Below, piece after piece: positions 25,096 through 38,511 of a stretch of 64,000 bases of DNA. Source of the DNA: Camelus dromedarius (Eukaryota). A model generated the notes under the pieces. It was not told the origin of the DNA, did no database searches, and was given only the letters and a program-made list of their open reading frames with translations. Numbering within the stretch: position 1 is the first letter of the stretch; the number at the start of each line of letters is the position of its first letter. Made by a program: the position numbers and the translations under genes. The stretch is taken from assembly GCF_036321535.1 (NCBI RefSeq), contig NC_087438.1, forward strand, positions 2,916,001 through 2,980,000. Reading direction: 5' to 3'.

Positions 25096-26724
25096 TTCAC
25101 AAGTGCCCCATTGACCCCACCCTCTAAAACGCCACCACCTCCCAGTGCCTACTGGGCAGGATGCTGCTGCCAAGTTCATGAGATGAATTCTAGTCACTGA
25201 AACCAACATGCGTGAGAATAAAATAGCACTCAGAAATATGGAAAAGTTAACAGAGGAATTAAATATACAGATAAACGTCCAATTTGATTATCTATATATT
25301 TTCCCCTTAGGCAATCATATAGCTCAGCATGAAGTTTATTTTAAAAAGCAAAATAATGTACTCCACTCCTTTTCAAGAGGCAGAAAATAGCCAAAAAAAA
25401 ACCAAGTAAAGCAACCAAAATCCTGGTTAAACATCAGCACTGAGATTTTGGGCCACATCCTATAAGGTCTGCAGTAGCATGTCCTTGGAATCTCCGCCGT
25501 TTATTAGCTGAGCTGATGAAATAATCATTGGTAAGATTCTTAGGTGAAGAATCTTTTAAAGAACTAGCTCCTATAGAAGTTTTGAGATATGGATATCATA
25601 ATTTTATTTTATCTGGAGATTATGTAGCAGTGAATTTGAATATTCCATTATTTTACAGGGATGTAAGTGTGAGTGATTTTAGAATATTTTTTAGTTAGGA
25701 ATCCTAGGTGCCTTATCAGCAGTGCTTAATTAATGCCCATTTTTAAAGTCTGAACTGATGATCCAGACCCAGAAAGACAGTGTTAAAAATATTTATTTCA
25801 GCTGAGTATTTAAGCTGGCATATTAGGAAATATTCTCTGTTCTATCCCAGGAATTTATTGATGCTTCCCTATGTCTTCGAACAGATGAGCTCAGCCATGA
25901 AGCTCTATATAAATAGATGATGTCTAAAGCTTTGAAACTCTAAATAAGTTTCATAAGGAAATTATTTTTTTTCCTTCAAGCATATTGTATAGTATGGCCT
26001 CTTTTCTATACAGTGAATGCATGCTTTTTCAAATGTTTCAATTGAATTAACAAAAGTATGCATTTGAGCATAATAAGTAGCTCCTGCAGGACTTGATTTC
26101 AAAAGATGTCTAAGTAACTTAAAATCTGTATTTATTATCTTGAATAGAAACACAGAGGATTAGCATTCAGAATTTTTACAATATGCTCTGGTCCATGCTG
26201 TGTCCATAACTTACGATGGGCCTGTTAACGGAGATCATCCTTCCAGGCACATAACCTGCTCCCAGCCGAAGCTGGAGGACGTGAGCTTCTCCGTACGGCT
26301 GCGCAAGCAGGCTTCCACCATGCGCTAAGCCAGCCGTGCGGATCTCTTCATGGATTTGCTTAATCAGTTCATCTCCATTCAGGAATGTAAAAGGACTTGA
26401 AAGTAGCTTTACTTGGACTGCAAAACTGGGCAAGAAACGATTATAGCAAATCTTCTCAGCACTTCTGTTATATTTCAATTGGTCTTTTTAAAAGATGGGG
26501 GGAAGGTGAAGAGAGAACTTTAAGTGGTACTTAGAAAAGCTTTCAAATTTGGCTGAATATAAGTTTTTGTTTTAGCCACAAATGCAATTTGAATAAGCCA
26601 ACAAATAAGTTTTCCTTCATCTTTGAAAATTTTAAAGGCACACATGGAAACCTATTTTCCAGAGTCTGGTTAATGAAGTAAGTTGAGATGGATAACTAAT
26701 TTTTTAAAAGCCTAATTTTTAATG

Positions 26725-27140
26725 GAGTCAAGTCTTCCAGGATGGTTTGGTGAGAGGCTCAGCATATCGTCTGCCACAAAGTCAATGATAATATTGGACA
26801 AAATTGTCAAAAACCATCATTTCAGGACTCTGGACATTAACCAAAGGTGTACAAAAATGAATAATGATTTATTCAAGAAAAGCTATCCAACCTTGAGTAA
26901 GAACAGTGGAACTCTGTGACCTTCTTGTCCAGGAATGTCCATCTCACCCTAAATCCATGGTTTTTCAAGAGAGATGAAAGCTGTGAGAGCAACACTTTGC
27001 TCCCGGAAGAAACTGGCTGGAACAGAGCACAGAAAACCCCTGTCCTTGGCAATCATTGGAAACAACAGCCATCTCAGTGGCAAACCAACGGGGAAACCAG
27101 TGTTACAGTCTTAGGTTGTGATCCTCTCGGGGCAAGGAAG
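26725..27140 (+). mobile_element. Old LINE-1 (L1ME-type) 5' region remnant
   Basis: GGACAAAATTGTCAAAAACCATCATTTCAGGACTCTGGACATTAACCAAAGG...ATTTATTCAAGAAA resembles ancient L1M 5' ends. Confidence 0.6.
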
Positions 27141-28673
27141 GGGCCAGCAGGTGGGAGGAGGAAGACGAGCTTGTCTTAGTCCCTGTCGCTTGAACTAAAA
27201 TGAGCTTGAGTGACCCTTGGGGTGGGGTATTAAGGCATCCCTCTGTGTAGTCAGGTTTGAACCTATTGGACAGTTTGTAGTTATTAAAATCTGAAGGCAA
27301 TGTCAGAGTGAAAACAACAAATGAAAGATTCAGCAGCAACTGGATGGCTGAGACCTGGTTTGAGCCACCACAGAAGCATCACCAGCCAGCGTCTGTGGAC
27401 ATCAGGCCAGATGCATTTACTCTGAGGGCTCAGTTCTGGTCTACAACATTGACTTTACTCTGTGTAATTGTGTTTTAGTGCAATCTTCAAATACACATAC
27501 ATAGCTAAAAGTTACAGATATGCATATATATATACATATATATATATGTAAAACTATACTTGCATTTCTCTTTTGGACAACAACCAATCACTGAGGACTC
27601 CTACAGCTCCAATAAAGGAAACTTCTATTGTGGAACAAATGATTATTACTTAAATGGGCTCTCATTTCAGTCCCTTGCAATTGTCTCACAAACCTGTCAC
27701 ACTATCAACCTAAACAACAAAACCAAAAATAAAATTTACCATGTGTTTATTTGCTGGGATATTATTTCCTTGCAATATCTTTGTTCAATTCAAAGAATAT
27801 CGATTCCCTCAACAGTCTCAGTGACCACACGGTGCAGCATCCAACTGGTCACCCTCACGGTCACAGGCATAAGTCGGCTTAATGCTGAGGTTATTGATTT
27901 TTATCAATCAAAGAAGCCTGAAGAGTTTGTCGAGGACACTCAGTTAAAGGAGTGTCGGTTTATGGATGCCAATATTTCAATTTGTTTCTATCCAGCCCTG
28001 GAGAGTGAGGTCAGTAACAACATATTTTGGTTCCACTATTCTTCTAGACAGTCATAGTAAACCACAGATGGCCTGACCCTTCAGAACCCAGCCCAACGAC
28101 TTCACATGTCACTTGGATGAACTGCAGGAGGCTTGAAAGGGGACAACTAACCATCTCAAACGGAACTTGAAGTAATCAGTCTTCTTTTAAACAAAGCTCT
28201 ATTTCATTTTTGTGTTAAATAAAAAAGGAACATGGAAGAGATTCACTAACGCAATGTAGAAAGAAACCAAGCCCCAGAATCGTGTGCTTCAGACACCAGG
28301 AGTCAGGGATCCCCAGACCCCATTTTCCAGGAAGAGGTTTGAGTGCTAGGATTGCAGACAACTTATTTTCTATTGTTCTAAGGTTTTAACATTCATCTAA
28401 GTGAATAAAATAAAACAAAGGAAAACAATCAATAGAACAAAAATATTTCTAGAATCCATTTTTTTTTCCTTTTTGGTTGACACTGAGGCTCCCTTTTTTC
28501 AGATACTTCTCTGATCTTTGTTCAGATTTATCCTCCAATCTCTTGTTGTCTTCCTGCCTCTACCTCAAAAAAGAACCAAAGCAGAAACATAGCTTAGAAA
28601 AATGCTTATTTCCATTTAGTAATCAGCTCAAACTTCCCCTTTAAAGGGAAATAAGAGATACACATTTGGGTGC

Positions 28674-28970
28674 TGTTACAGGTTGGATTGTGTCCCGCCA
28701 CTAAAATTTATGTTGAAATCCTAACCCATGGACCTTAGAATGTGACCTTACTTGGAGGTAGGGTTTTTGAAGATGTAAGTAGTTAAAATGAGGCCGTTAA
28801 GGTAAATTCTAGCTCTATATAATTGATGTCCTTTTAAAAAGAAGAAATTTGGGCACAGGCATGCATGCCTGCAGGGAGAACACTGGGTGAAATGAAGGCA
28901 GAGATCTGTGTGATACAGCTACATGCCAGGGAACGCCAATGATCACCAGCAAACCGCCAGAAGCAAGGCT
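28674..28970 (+). mobile_element. 3'-truncated ERVL-MaLR LTR (MLT1B-like)
   Basis: TGTTACAGGTTGGATTGTGTCCC..TATGTTGAAATCCTAACCC..GAATGTGACCTTA..GAAGGCAGAGAT..CCAGCAAACCGCCAGAAGC. Confidence 0.85.
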
Positions 28971-28989
28971 TCCAGAGCAAGGACTGGGC

Positions 28990-29068
28990 CTTTTCATTTC
29001 CTCCCCATGCTCTAGTGTCTAACCCAGTGCCTGTTACATTTTAGGTGATCAATAAATATTTGTTAAGT
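28990..29068 (+). mobile_element. LINE-2 3' end
   Basis: CTAGTGTCTAACCCAGTGCCTG..TAGGTGATCAATAAATATTTGTTAA. Confidence 0.7.
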
Positions 29069-29989
29069 CATGTGGTAGTTAGGAGACACTTGAGATACCC
29101 CCCTCTAGAAATATTCTCAGAGTGCGTAAGAGTGAACAGAATGTTCTTTCCATGCGGTCTTCTACTATCGACACTTCTCTCTGTTGGATCAGTCGTCACC
29201 TGTACTGCTAGTCCTCTCCGAAATTCCCACAGGCTTCGGATAGTTTGAAGTCAAAGATTGTCATCCCACATTTTAATGCCCCAGGATCTTGTACAACACA
29301 AGGCATAGAGTGAGCGCTCAACACTCGTGAGGAGTGAGTCTTCCTTCTTTTAAATTTCATGTGCTCTTGTATGTCTCTTGCATCTCATTTGTGTATCAAC
29401 TGTAGCATGTGTTTGTGCCTAAATATCAGATGCTTTTCATATTCTAAGTCCTTGATGAGACATGGCATTGCCTTAGAGATATTTATGCCTCAGTCTTCTA
29501 TGTTTCCTAGTGTATTTTAAAAGTTTGAACAGAAGAGCTTTTGTAAAAGCCCAGTAAGCATCTATCAAGTAGACCCTTCACATATAATGACTACGATCTC
29601 TAGATAAATTAAAATAAAACAGGACAAAACTCCCTGAGTGAACAAAGCAGGTGAATATGAAACAGTCTAAACAAACAGAAGGAGAGACATTTAAGGATAT
29701 TTGCTATGCTACAGTTTTTTAGTTTGAGGACAAGCTATGCTCAATGTCATGCTTTGGCTAAAATTCTCAGAGGAAATCTTCAACCTCTCTGCACTGAAAA
29801 ACCAGAAGAGCCAGTGTCCAAATAACGCATCATGAGAAACACCTGACTGGTCATTACTGGCTCTGAGCCAAAGATTTTGTCTTAAAAAGAACACATTTTG
29901 AATAATAACCCCATTTTCCAAATTTACCTTGCAGCTAAAGAAATTAAAACATGGTGTTATGTAAGGATGGTCAGATAGAATCATTTGCT

Positions 29990-31075
29990 TCAATGGGACG
30001 GAACTGAGAACACAGAAGCTGACTCGCTCACATATGTCCTGTTCATTTCCAACAAACGTATGGCGGTAGCTCAGTGAGCAACAGACGGCTTTCTCGGAAT
30101 GATTCTTGAAAGAAACATTGACTCACACAGAAAAAAAAGAGTGTTGAGCCTCACCAGACAAGCCACCCAGTTATCAAATGTATGGAATCAACTAGATGGG
30201 CTCTACAAAACTAAACGTAAAAGCTAGAACTGTAAGATTCCTAGGAGGGAAAATGTTCTCTGAGTTCTTAGGAAGGACAAAGATTTCTTAAACATTTTTC
30301 AGAAATTGCGAAACATGAAGAAATAATAATAAATTGTACTTTATCCAAATTAAAAGAACACTTTCTCAAAACACTATTAAGAGACAGAAAAGTCTACACA
30401 CGAGGAAAGGCTTGCAATACATTAATTAGATAAAATAATTATCCTTATAACATATTAAAAAAATTCTCACGCCCCAACAGCAAATGAAGAAACAGTCCAA
30501 CTAAAAGTGAGCGGATGTTTGGACAGACACCTGTTCAATGAAGGCATACAGGGCAAACATGAACTGAAAAGATGTTTATGTTACTAGTCATCAGCGAAAT
30601 GCAAATTATCAATAAGGTATCTGTAACAGCGCTGGAATGTAAAAAACCCATATGGCCATTCGGAGGTAAATCAATAAACACAACGCGGTGTGTGGATACC
30701 ATGGGGTCCCCCTTAGCAGTAAAAACAATGTACTAATAAAAGCAACAACATGGATGACCTTCCAGAGTTTTTCCTGAACAAAATAATCAAGGAACAAAGA
30801 AGGGCATACCAATTTTTTCCATTTATGTAAAATTCTTACACAGGGAAGATGAGTCTTTGACGACAGAAAGCTGGATCGTGATGTTCTGGGCCCAGAAGTG
30901 GGCTGTGAGATTGATTCCAAAGAGGACGAAGAGAGCTTTTAGGGAGACAGGAATTTCCCTACTTGCTTATACTAAACCTTACATCAATGTACACAATTTT
31001 CAAAAATCATCGAATGGTACACTTAAAATGGGTGCAAAAATCACACCTTGATGTAGCTGATTAAGTAAAAAAATA
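29990..31075 (+). mobile_element. Old LINE-1 (L1MC/ME-type) ORF2 end and 3'UTR
   Basis: CTAAACGTAAAAGCTAGAACTGTAAG, CACTATTAAGAG, CTAGTCATCAGCGAAATGCAAATTA, GCAACAACATGGATGA, TACACTTAAAATGGGTGCA. Confidence 0.75.
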
Positions 31076-33822
31076 GTCGATTCTTTTCCACACACCCAAC
31101 AGAGTGTTCGCAGAAGAGACTTTGGAATACCACTGCTGTTACTCCGGAAGTTCATTCCCAACAGATTGAAATTAAAAGCTGGAAAAACGTGGGTTCCCTG
31201 GTGGCTCTTCCCTGGAGCTCTGTGTTGGGCAGCAAACGTCCAGCTATCTCAACATCACATTCCAGAGTTCAGTCCTTGTTCCCCTAAGTAAACCCAGTGT
31301 GTCAGGTCATGACTTTTGGGGAAGCCTCCAGCATGACCTCCAGGCGGTGGCAAAATCAGCATTTCCCTACTGAGACCAGTGCTCCTGGGCTGACTCTTAG
31401 CTGCCCTCCTGGACGGTTCTCCTGTTCATGGACAATCAACCCACTTCTCCCAGTATATGCACAAATTTCCCTTTGGTGGGACTGAAACACCTGCATTGCA
31501 CTCTTTATACATATCTTATGCACGCAGGAATTCTTCAGAAAATATGCATACTGTAGGATTTATTCAAGGCAGAATGGACACATTGACATAAATTTTAAAA
31601 ATATATTTCATGGGAGAGATTGACATACTTTTTAAAATACATTTCATAACATCCCACTCTTTCAATGTCTGTACCAGAGCAATTGTTGATATGCAGATGT
31701 ACATCTGCCCACATGGATGGAAGCTCAGCGAGCATCTCTAGGTGCTGGACTAAAAACTAGAGTTACTATATTGAGTCATAATACACGATTGGTCCGTTTC
31801 TTTGTGGAACACTGGATTTAAAAAAGAAAAACAAACAGTCAAGACATCAGAACAAAAGCAAATGTATAGTTTGCTAGGAAGGTAAGGGACGCTGCTGTCT
31901 AAATCTTTCTTACGCGTGTATTTTCAGTGTTTAATGGTGGTTTATGCCCGTCCCTCCTACCTCGGCTCTACTTTGCTCTCTTGCAAAGTAATGTTTTCTT
32001 TTTTCATTTTGACCGTATTTCTACAACTGCAGTCTTATCCTAGATTGATGAGGGAGATAAAATGCATAACGCCACGTGCACAGTAACTAACGCAACTCTG
32101 CCGTGTCTGCCCTCCCTTACACTGGAAACATGCGAATAAAGCCAAGCAAAACAGAAACAGAAAATAAACTAAAAATCTCCCTTTCAGCAACATTTGAGTA
32201 TTCTCCTTGCTATGTCTTGTCACATTTCTTATCTTTTTGTCCTTCAGGGAAATCTTCTGGAAGATACTGATTATTCCACAGTTTTAAGTGTTTTTCCTTT
32301 ATATAACACATTACCCCAGGTAAGGCTTTATTCTTCCACCAGTAAACGGAAAGGAAATTGCCAGTGACAGAAAACCACTCTTCAGTTGATTATCCCCAGA
32401 CTTTCCCAGCGGCTGCTACAATGGCCAACCTCCTTTCAGGCTTCTGAAGGTCCTTTCAAACCTGGTTTCTCCACCTCCCTCCTAAAATGAGATCCCAAGT
32501 CCTTTTTTAGAGCTGAGGTTTATTTTCCTCATATTCATATTATTCATAACAAAGCAGCATTCCAGCCCTGAAGACTGTTCAAAGGAGAAACCTGACATCT
32601 GTGTACTACCTAACTAGAAACAAATTGATGAACTTCTGAAACACCCTTTGAAAATGAGTGCCAGCACCGTCGCCTTCCAGAGCAACTTTTATGCCTCCTC
32701 GTGGGACCCTAGAAACCGCTGTCAAGCTCCATTTTATTCCTTGTGTGGCCTGACAGTTCTAAGGGGAACGTGTATCCTAATTCTTCCAAATAAATTGGAT
32801 TTCAGCCATTTTAAAATGAAAACACAGCTTCCGCTGAAGTTATAAACAGACCCTATTGAATAAAGTATCAGCAGAGGCTCTGGCTGTTATCTCTTGCGGA
32901 GGTTCAGAACTGGAAGACAGCAATACGTTAATCACGTCTTTGTAGTCGCAGTAACGCAAATTAATCAACAGCTAGATAGAATGTGAAAGTGGATTTCTTC
33001 CATCGAGAGTGCATCACATTTTTCTACCAAAAAGAGAAAAAGAAAAGAGAGGGAGGGGGGGAAGAATGGAGGGGCGAAGAAGGAGGAGAGGAGAGTTTGA
33101 GGCTATGAAGCATATTGTTAATTCAGATTCAAGACACAAAAGAAATAAACCTAAGACTTTTTAATAATTAACACACTCATTGGGAGATGCTATCCAATCA
33201 CGTTGTTCCCGATTAATACATATGAATTCTAACTCCTAATGCCTATGTTTCAATATATACAGGCTTGTGTTAGATTACTGGAACTTGGAAATATGTTAGA
33301 AAAAGAAAAGAGAAATACGTTTTCTCAGTAGGATGAAAGAATAAACATACATTTTAAGAAAATTAAGTTAGAATCAATTAAAAATGTAAATAATAATGCA
33401 AACTGATATTAGGCAAGAAAAGAACAGAAATAAAGGGGATCATAAATTAGAAGGAAAAAGTAAAACCATTTATTTTGTGGACAACATAATCCCACTGTAG
33501 ACAATTCTAAGAACTCATCAAAAAAAAAAAAAAACTATTAGAACTAATACTCAAGTATAGTGAGGCTGCAAGTACACAAGATCAGTATGAAAAAACTGCT
33601 TTTTTTACAGACAGGCTATGAAAAATCCAGGAAAGAACTGAGAAACACATTTTTATTTACAATTAGCATTGAAATAGTACAAAACTAAGGTAAACTTTTT
33701 AAAAGGGCCAAACTTGTACACTGAAAGTTATAATATTTTACTGAAAAACATTAAGGAAGATCTAAATAAATGGAGAATAATTCCATGTCCATAGATTGGA
33801 AAAGTCAGTATTATTAAGGTGG

Positions 33823-34050
33823 AAGTGGGGTGAGATAGGGGAATGGGATTAAGAGACACAGACTACTCTGTATAAAATAAATAAGCAACAAGGATATATT
33901 GTACAGCACAGGGAAATATAGCCATCATTTTGTAATAATTTTAAATGTAGGGTAAACTATAAAATATTGAATCACCACATTGTACACTTGAAAGTAATAT
34001 AATATTGTAAATAATCTACACTTCAATAAAAAAGAAAATACAAGACAAAA
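33823..34050 (+). mobile_element. 5'-truncated L1 3'UTR (artiodactyl/laurasiatherian type) nested in older L1
   Basis: TATAAAATAAATAAGCAACAAGGATATATTGTACAGCACAGGGAAATATAGCC...CTTCAATAAAAAA. Imperfect TSD AAGGTGG (33816-33822) / AAAATGG (34051-34057). Confidence 0.85.
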
Positions 34051-34612
34051 AAAATGGCAATTCACCTCAAAATGTTCTGTAGAATCAATGGAATATCAAA
34101 TTTTTATCAAATGTCTGATAGGATTTTTCCCAAAATTGACCATGTTAAAATGTATATGAAAATTCAAGTTTACCTAGAAAACATAAAATAATTTGAAAAA
34201 AATGTCTTAATTGGAGAACTTTTGCTTACTGATTTCAAAATTTACTATAAAGCTACAATCATCTAGGGACTACGGTACTGGCACAAGGATATGCATGTAG
34301 ATTAAGGAAATAGAACTGACGTTCCAGAAAAAAAAAAAAATCCGTATATTTACAGTCAATTCCCTTTTGACAAAAGTGTCATCGTTGAGAACAAATGTTC
34401 TCTTCAACAAATGGTGCTGGGGCAATTAGATCTACATACAAAAGAGGTGAACTTAGACCCTCACTTCACATGATACAAATTAATTCAAAATGGATCATAC
34501 AGTTATATACTAGAGCTAAAATAAAACTTTTAGAAGAAAACAAAGGGGAAAAGTCTTCAAGATTTTGGGTTAGAAAAATGTCCCCTAGATATGATATCAA
34601 AATAATGGTCCA

Positions 34613-34733
34613 GCAAAAAAGAATGTGACAATGAATGTATGTATGTTTATGTATAACTGAAAAATTGTGCTCTACACTGGAATTTGACACAAAATTGTGA
34701 AAGGATTATAAATCAATAAAAAAATGTTACAAT
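34613..34733 (+). mobile_element. Very short camelid-type L1 3' end nested in older L1
   Basis: GAATGTGACAATGAAT..TGTATAACTGAAAAATTGTGCTCTACACTGGAATTTGACAC..AATAAAAAAA. Perfect 12-bp TSD AATAATGGTCCA at 34601-34612 and 34734-34745. Confidence 0.9.
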
Positions 34734-35424
34734 AATAATGGTCCATAAAAGAAAAAAAATTGTACTGCCTCAAAATTTGAAGCATTTTCTCTTCAATAGA
34801 TAGCATTAAGAAAGTTAAAAGACAAGAAGCAAACTTGGAGTAAATATTTTCAAAACCACTATCCATTAAAGAACTCATATCCAGAATTTACACAGAACTC
34901 TTACAACTCAATAATAATAAGGTAAACAATTCAATCAAATAACAGGCAGCACAAACCAAAAACCAAAAACAACCCAACTGAAAATAAGTGAATGATTTAA
35001 ACATTTCATCAGAGAACATATATAGAAAGCAAGTAAGTACAAAAAAAAAATGCTCAACACCATCAATCATTACATTAATGCAAATTAAAACTGCAATGAG
35101 ATACTATTACACACACATTAGAATGGCTCTATTTACAAACACTAACCATATCAAATTCGAGTGGGTATATGGAGGAACTGGAACTCTCCTGAACTGCTGG
35201 TGGAATGTGACGTGTACATTGACTTTGGAAAACAGTTTGGTAGTCTGCTAAAAAGTTAGCCCTGCACCCAGCACATGAACAAGTCCTTCTAATCCTAGGT
35301 ATTTATAAGACCAAAGCATACATCTACATGATGACTTCTACATGAGTGTTCACAGCAGCTTTAATTTAGTAACCACAGCCTACCACATCTTCAAAGATGT
35401 GTTTCATTGACAACGAAACAACAG

Positions 35425-35635
35425 TCAGGAGATGAGAGAAAGAAGACATAGAGAAAGGACATTCTCTTTTAAGCGCCTTGGACCAGAAGTAACACGATTC
35501 TTACACTCACACTGGTGTGGGCAATAGAAGCATGGCGCCACCTAGATGCAGAGTAGCTGGAAGATAAGTTTGAGCTGTGTGCCCGGGAAGAAGAAGACGT
35601 TTGGTGAGCATCTAAACAGCAGAAGCATAACTACA
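35425..35635 (-). mobile_element. MLT1J-like LTR fragment
   Basis: CCAGAAGTAACAC..CATGGCGCCACCTAGATGCA..GCTGG..AGCTGTGTGCCC..TTTGGTGAGCA. Confidence 0.6.
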
Positions 35636-35659
35636 CCAGCCAAGGTCACCAGCAGTATT

Positions 35660-36310
35660 ACTGCAGTTGTATCCCAGTAGGTCCTCTGCTTCCGCTCTCT
35701 GCTTCCTCTAAACCCATTTTCCACACAGCAGCCAGAGTGGTACATGCAAAAGCAGAATTATAATACGCCAGTTCCCTGGGTAAATCTACACTAGCCACCT
35801 CCATCGCTCCCAGTGAAAGCCAGGCATCGCAGTGGCCTGGAGGCCTTCTCTTGACGTGACCCAGCATTGGCCGCTACCCCTTCTCACCAGTGTCCTCTCT
35901 CTAGTCCCCCCCCCCGCCCCGTATGCAGGGCCTGCGAGTCGGGCCCCGTCTCTGGGTCTTTGCACTCACATCCTTGGCTGGGACGCCTGTTTCTCAAGTC
36001 TAACCAAAGGGCATCACCATTCCCTTCAGGACGATGCCATCAGCAAGGCGTTCCCCAGCCACCACATACAAAACTGTAACTGCCCCAAATTTGCACTCCC
36101 ATTTTTTTACATTATTTTATATTTGCCAAAATGCTTCTCACCATTTTATATACATTTATGTTTTTGTTTGTTTTTGTCTATTTAGTCCATGAAAACATAA
36201 GCCCCATAAAACCAGGCTCTAGGTGTGTGCACCTCATTGCTAGAAGAGGGACTGGAGCTCAGTCAACATTATGGAGAGAACACATTAATGAATGAGTGAG
36301 TGAATAAACT
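35660..36310 (+). mobile_element. LINE-2 3' remnant
   Basis: CCATTTTCCACACAGCAGCCAGAGTG, CTTTGCACT, and a terminal TGAATGAGTGAGTGAATAAA repeat. Confidence 0.7.
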
Positions 36311-36432
36311 CTGAGGTCAATTAAAATAACCATATTGTTCACTCAAAGCCCACTTGAGATTTATGTCCAGCTGAGATCAAACACTAAAATCTAAGATTCT
36401 GAAGGTTACCTGGGACCAACCTCAAGGGTTAC

Positions 36433-36918
36433 TATATCCCTTAGAGCCCCAGTAAGAAATTTAAGGCACACTCAAAATGAGATAATTTGGGAAGACTTTA
36501 ATTAAAGGTTACTTATAATGGTGTGAGTAGATTTCAGGGAATCATGGAGACAGTGCAACATCTAAAGCTGGTAACAGCCAGGCTTCGTTCCTGTCTGCAA
36601 AGACTGAAGAACCACTGGAAGGCAGCTACTGGAAACCAGATAAAGGGTGGTGTGTACCAGGACAACTATCTGAATCAGTAACCTGCCTTTCAGGGACACA
36701 GCTAGCCACGGAAACACCCCCAGGAAGAATGCTGCAGCCTTGCTCTCTGAGTTCCCTCCAAATCGCTGTTGGTTCTCCCTCCTGGATGAACTCATGGTAA
36801 GCTACAGGGTAAAGGAACTCAGTGATGCAGTTCAAGCTGCTCAGCTTGCCTGAGCACAGGACAAGCTAGCGTGGTGTGGAGAGCAGGTGGGAGCACCACA
36901 GAGAAGACGCATAGCCCA
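36433..36918 (-). mobile_element. ERVL solo LTR (LTR33-like)
   Basis: GGCACACTCAAA..TTTAATTAAAGG near the left end. TGATGCAGTTCA..TCAGCTTGCCTGAGCACAG..GGAGAG..GGA..CAGAGAAGA near the right end. Resembles antisense LTR33. Confidence 0.65.
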
Positions 36919-38511
36919 ATCACGTGCTTGCCTAGGCTTGGCTCTATCAAGGCCACGTGACATTGGGGTGGGGGAAGATTTAAAAGGAAGAAAGGACTGA
37001 GACAAAGAGGCACCTTGGAAGAGTGATACTGAGTTTATCACTTGCTGTAAAAGCTTTGGACTTCTCAAGAGATACAGCTGCAAAACCCAAGGGGAGTGAG
37101 ACAGAGAGGAAGTTAAAAAAAATAGAACATTCTTATTAGAGGTCCTACTCCATTTCTAGAGGCTCTACTCCACTCTAGATTCCCAGACTTATTCTGGACC
37201 CAATGCAAACATAACATTGCCACGCTGTAGAAAAGGCAGTAATGTGCGATCTCTTGCAGAGACGCATGCAATCTTAGCCCTGTTCATCATACCACCTTCA
37301 AGGAGACTACAGGTGCAAGGAAGTTCCCTACCCTGAGTCGTAACCACATCTCTCCCAAAGAGACCAAAGCCTGAGTTGGAGTCCACCCAGAGTACAAGTC
37401 AGGAACAAGGCAGAGGCAGATTCTGAGCCAAAGGCAAACTTAGGATAAACACACGGCAGAATTATTGGACTTCAGTTCTTTTCACATCAGATGGACCGAC
37501 TTTACCATTACCTTCCCCTAGAGAAAAGTGTCACCATTTACTTGATTGCTGAGGTAGAGAGTGTGTTTCAGAAATAGTTGTCAAGCACTAGAATTCAAAG
37601 TTGAGAGTTGGAAGGTTAGACGCAGAGCCAAACACAGACTAAAACACCAGGAAAGACAAGAACGAAACAGAAAACAGGCACTGCCAAACAGCCTTGAGCC
37701 TGGAATGTAGGGTTTGCCTGTCCAAAGCCTTGAGGTTCCCTAAATCCTCTCCAACAAAAGCTATGCTGCTTTTTTATGCTAAATATTTTGTAAGAGATTG
37801 GGTTTGAGAACATAGTATCATTGGATTCCAGGAAAGTGTCCAAAGCAATTAAACAAGAAACACTTTATTTAATATTCTGCGTAGTTGAAGATATATGTAA
37901 TTAAAGATAAACACTTTTTTTAATTGCATATGGATAAGAAAAAATGTGCAATCCTTTTATTAACATTGATATTGGAGGTAAAAGAAGCCTTTATTAACCC
38001 TTTCTCTACTTCTTCAACAAGTGTGCTTTAAAATGTCTTTGTCCCTAGCATATAGCACTGGCCGCTCAAATACGTAGGGACAGGAGCACACTCAGCAGTG
38101 TGCCATCCAGTGTTGCCCACTATACATGCCAAGTTGGACCTGTCCTAGGACAGCTTGCTAGCTACATAAAAATCAGACCTCCCTCTCATCCAACAATGTC
38201 CAGCAAACATTTATTTGTCACTATGGAGTGCCAGTCTCTCTAATAGTTATTAATTCTATGCCGCCTCATATAGAAATGCTGCAAGTGAACGCTGTAGAGA
38301 TGCTCCAGTATGTTTCAGTGACTCTGGGACCACATTCTGTCACATTCTGGTAAATTACGAACACAAGATCCTTGTAATTCCTTCCTAGCTCAGGAGAAGG
38401 AAAAGCTGATTTGTGAGGTAGGGAGGGAGAGGTGACATCCTCCTGCCCCGTGTGCTAATCGAGGACAGGGAAACGTGTGTGAAGCCCTCAATAGCTCATT
38501 ATGTTAATGGA

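Larger units (their letters stand above)
33380..35375 (+). mobile_element. Old LINE-1 (L1MB/MC-type) ORF2 remnant with two nested younger L1 fragments
   Basis: ORF 34988..35251 (KKCSTPSIITLMQIKTAMRYY...GTLLNCWW) is ORF2p C-terminal-like. Also TTCAACAAATGGTGCTGG and GAAGATCTAAATAAATGGAG. Confidence 0.85.

Noticed and set aside
27560..28057. 165-aa ORF (also 23918..24418, 12968..13462, 58337..58786, 26176..26478)
   Set aside because: No recognisable family and no convincing exon boundaries. Several lie inside L2 or MLT1 relics.
35533..35550. CTCF-like motif (reverse strand CATCTAGGTGGCGC)
   Set aside because: Mismatches at the 5' core positions, lies inside an LTR relic, and cannot be supported without PWM or ChIP data.
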